A stretch of 64,000 nt of DNA from Clostridiales bacterium (GTDB taxonomy: Bacteria; Bacillota; Clostridia; Christensenellales; Aristaeellaceae). The first letter of the stretch is position 1; the number at the start of each line of letters is the position of its first letter. A program made the position numbers and the translations under genes. This document shows positions 61,673-64,000 of this stretch, in pieces. The stretch lies in the NCBI GenBank assembly GCA_015056155.1, contig SVGU01000002.1, forward strand, positions 4,169 through 68,168, in the 5' to 3' direction. The notes under the pieces are model-generated. The model had not been told where the DNA came from, did no database searches, and worked only from the letters and a program-made list of their open reading frames with translations.

Positions 61673-63124
61673 TTACCGGGGCATGGACAGCGCCGCGCGG
61701 CCCGTTCCCGTGAGCGTCAGCGCAGGAGCCGCCGCCGGAACGTAGAGGCTCTCGCCCTTTGCCAGCTTCCGGCTGCCGCCCTGCCAGCACAGGGTCATTT
61801 CGCCCTCCAGCACCGTCAGCATGCCGAAGTGGTTGATCGCAGGCACCGCCTGTTCGCCGCTGACCTTCAGCAGGTCGAGGGTGAAGTACGTCTCATCCAG
61901 CACACGGGCGACGGGCGCGTCCGGCGCGGGGATGGGGTCGAGGGTGAAGTCAAGGTCGGTCACGTCCAGCGCCTTGTCGATGTGCAGCTCGCGGCGGTTG
62001 CCGTTCTTGTCCACGCGGTCCCAGTCGTAGAAGCGGTAGGTCACGTCGGAGGACTGCTGGATCTCATAGAGCATGATGCCCGCGCCGATGGCGTGCACGC
62101 AGCCGGCGGGGATGAAGCACACATCGCCGGGCTTCACGTCCACCTTGCGCAGCAGGGGTTCGACCGCCGCGCCAGCCTCGCAGGCCGCGCGCAGCTCCGC
62201 AAGAGCCGTGCCGCCCCGGATGCCGTAGACCAGCTGGCTGCCCGCAGGGGCGTCGAGGATCAGCCATGCCTCGGTCTTGCCGAGCTTGCCGTTCTCATGG
62301 GCGCCCGCGTAGGTATCGTCGGGGTGCACCTGCACGGACAGGCTCTCCGCCGCGTCGATGAACTTCAGCAGCAGCGGGAAGGTCTCCCTTGCGTACTTGC
62401 CGGCGAAGCGCGCGCCGTACTGCGCGATCAGCTCCGGCAGCTTCACACCCGCGTCATCCGTGGACTCCAGTCCGGGGATGCAGCTGATTTCCAGGCTCTC
62501 GCCGGTGGGCACCTCCGCAATGGGCTTGCCGTACACCGTGCGCAGCTTCTCGCCGCCCCAGGGGGTCAGCTTGCCGCCGCGGAAGGCGGGATGCATCGTC
62601 AGGGGCAGCAGGGGCGTTTCCGCCGTCAGGGGCTTCTCATAGCAGAGGAAGGGCTTCTCCCGGTGGAAGAAGGTCACCTCGCCCGCCTTGCGCATGCCGA
62701 TGCGGCTGTAGAGCTTCTGCGCAGCGGCGTTCTCGCAATAGGTATCGATGCGCAGCGCGTCGCAGCCCAGGCCGCGCAGCACCTCGCACACAGCCTCCAC
62801 CGCCTGCGCGCCCAGGCCCTTGCCCTGCTGATCGGGCGCGATGACCAGGCGATGGAACGCGCCGGGCTTCACGCCGAAGAGCCAGTTCACGCCGGCATAC
62901 TCGGGATCAAAGTTCGTGTCGATGGTCACGGCGCACAGGAGCGCGTCTTTCGCGCGGGCGATGTAGAGCGTGCCCGCGTCCAGGCTTTCCTGCAGGAAGG
63001 TCTCGTTGGGGTATTCGCCCCAGCGCCACTGGTCGTTGCCGGCGGCCTGCATGGCACTGCAGACGGATTCGTAGAGCGCGCACACGGCGCGGAGATCAGC
63101 GGAAGTTGCTTTCACAAGATGCAT
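61673..63124 (-). CDS. GNAT N-acetyltransferase fused to class I mannose-6-phosphate isomerase
   Basis: ATG 63124 (AAGGGAGGA upstream). The N-terminus ..HRLVIAPDQQGKGLGAQAV.. is GNAT motif A. The C-terminus ..WGGEKL..SLSVQVHPDD..GKTEAW..IPAGCVHAIG.. is a PMI type I cupin with its metal ligands. Confidence 0.85.
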   Translation of the reverse strand: MHLVKATSADLRAVCALYESVCSAMQAAGNDQWRWGEYPNETFLQESLDAGTLYIARAKDALLCAVTIDTNFDPEYAGVNWLFGVKPGAFHRLVIAPDQQGKGLGAQAVEAVCEVLRGLGCDALRIDTYCENAAAQKLYSRIGMRKAGEVTFFHREKPFLCYEKPLTAETPLLPLTMHPAFRGGKLTPWGGEKLRTVYGKPIAEVPTGESLEISCIPGLESTDDAGVKLPELIAQYGARFAGKYARETFPLLLKFIDAAESLSVQVHPDDTYAGAHENGKLGKTEAWLILDAPAGSQLVYGIRGGTALAELRAACEAGAAVEPLLRKVDVKPGDVCFIPAGCVHAIGAGIMLYEIQQSSDVTYRFYDWDRVDKNGNRRELHIDKALDVTDLDFTLDPIPAPDAPVARVLDETYFTLDLLKVSGEQAVPAINHFGMLTVLEGEMTLCWQGGSRKLAKGESLYVPAAAPALTLTGTGRAALSMPR

Positions 63125-63185
63125 GAGGGTATCCTCCCTTTTCGTCATTGTTCTGTTCTGCGGCGGCCACCTCATCCGTCTTCGC

Positions 63186-63330
63186 CTTGCGGCGAATCCA
63201 CCTTCCCCTCAAGGGGAAGGCTTTGGTGCGCTCGCTTGCTGCGGTACCGTCATAAAGCACGGACACTGGCTGCCCGCAGCTACTCCCCGGCTTCCTCTTA
63301 AGGGGAAGCTCCCGCCGCAGCGGGTGATGA
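63186..63330. repeat. GC-rich palindromic repeat cluster (family E)
   Basis: TCGCCTTGCGGCGA; CCTTCCCC-tcaa-GGGGAAGG (63202-63221); GCTTCCTCTTAAGGGGAAGC (63290-63309). The last palindrome contains the stop of the DUF559 ORF. Confidence 0.75.
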
Positions 63331-63687
63331 GGTGGCATGCTGCGGTATGCGTCTGTAGATATCATCACAGACTTCCCGGAATCGATGGTGAATGTCCGCA
63401 TTCGTGTATCGCAGCACCGTCAGCCCAAGGCTGTACAGGTACGCATCCCGCATATGGTCTGCCTCCATCGCCTCCGGCTCATAGTGCTGTCCGCCGTCCA
63501 GCTCGATGACAATTCTCGCAGCAGCACAGTAAAAATCCACAATGTATCGTCCGATGACCTTCTGACGGTTCACGGTAACGGGCAGTTTTTTCAGAAAGTC
63601 GTACCACAGGCGCCGTTCCTCCGGCGTCATTCCTTTTCGGAGCGCCTTTGCATTCGGCGTCAGGCGGCTGTTACGCGTCTGGTTCAT
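63298..63687 (-). CDS. DUF559 endonuclease-domain protein (Vsr-like fold)
   Basis: ..LRKGMTPEERRLWYDFL..FRRQ-like ..VNRQKVIGRYIVDFYC..IVIELDGGQH..D..RD..L...G..VLR.. The last about 20 codons run into the repeat cluster and may not be native. Confidence 0.8.
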   Translation of the reverse strand: MNQTRNSRLTPNAKALRKGMTPEERRLWYDFLKKLPVTVNRQKVIGRYIVDFYCAAARIVIELDGGQHYEPEAMEADHMRDAYLYSLGLTVLRYTNADIHHRFREVCDDIYRRIPQHATSSPAAAGASP

Positions 63688-63693
63688 CCAGGC

Positions 63694-64000
63694 TCACCTG
63701 TCCGTGGTATACATGGCATACAGCCCGGCGTAAATGCCGCCCTTGCGGATGAGCGTCTCGTGGTCGCCCATCTCTTCCACGCCGTTCTCGGTCAGCACCC
63801 AGATGACGTCCGCGCCCTTGATGGTGGTCAGGCGGTGGGCGATGGTGAAGACGGTGCGGCCGCGGGCAAGCTTCTCCAGGCTCTGCTGCACGATGTGCTC
63901 CGACTCGTTGTCCAGCGCGGAGGTCGCCTCGTCCAGCACCAGGATGGGCGGATTCTTCAGGAACACGCGGGCGATGGAGATGCGCTGCTTCTGGCCGCCG
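63694..64000 (-). CDS. ABC transporter ATP-binding (exporter-type) protein, C-terminal part only; the N-terminus lies beyond the right window edge
   Basis: Hand translation continues upstream of the track ORF: ..[42 protein letters not shown].. This covers the ABC signature, Walker B and H-loop. Confidence 0.85.
   Translation of the reverse strand, partial: GGQKQRISIARVFLKNPPILVLDEATSALDNESEHIVQQSLEKLARGRTVFTIAHRLTTIKGADVIWVLTENGVEEMGDHETLIRKGGIYAGLYAMYTTDR

Overview
This is a high-G+C (roughly two-thirds G+C by eye) chromosomal segment from a spore-forming member of the Clostridia. The assignment rests on the SCIFF scfA/scfB pair with its TIGR04086-type membrane neighbour, SpoIID-like and CwlD-like genes, murG, cinA and aroF/aroB. 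I support about 56 protein-coding genes, mostly housekeeping or accessory metabolism, envelope and secreted proteins. I found no rRNA, tRNA, CRISPR array, transposase or integrase. Because of the G+C content, almost every real gene is shadowed by long Arg/Ala/Pro/Gly-rich antisense or out-of-frame ORFs in the track (up to 1438 aa). I rejected these. Two edge-truncated genes are missing from the track and were added by hand translation (1..1650 minus, 63694..64000 minus). Several starts were moved to the ATG with a proper Shine-Dalgarno (SD) sequence.

Main points of interest:
- A 1060-codon uninterrupted ORF joins an APH-like kinase fold, an unknown module and an ECF-type sigma factor with a long C-terminal extension. 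An intact internal SD and ATG sit in front of the sigma part.
- A second transcription factor (AraC HTH) is also fused to an APH-like kinase fold.
- A pheL-like Tyr/Phe-rich leader peptide plus terminator lies upstream of aroF-aroB.
- An 1838-aa DUF4011/SF1-helicase/REase-like/DUF3320-type protein is translationally coupled to an uncharacterised repeat protein.
- Ten DnaA boxes are packed into 150 bp with no dnaA gene nearby.
- The non-coding fraction is unusually rich in repeats. These include ~100-bp inverted arms bracketing a 203-bp tandem module, heptad GAATTCC arrays, an 84-bp tandem reiteration of the murG 3' end, 160-bp and 103-bp tandem repeats, and GC-rich palindromes.

All family names are from memory of motifs. 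No database search was run.
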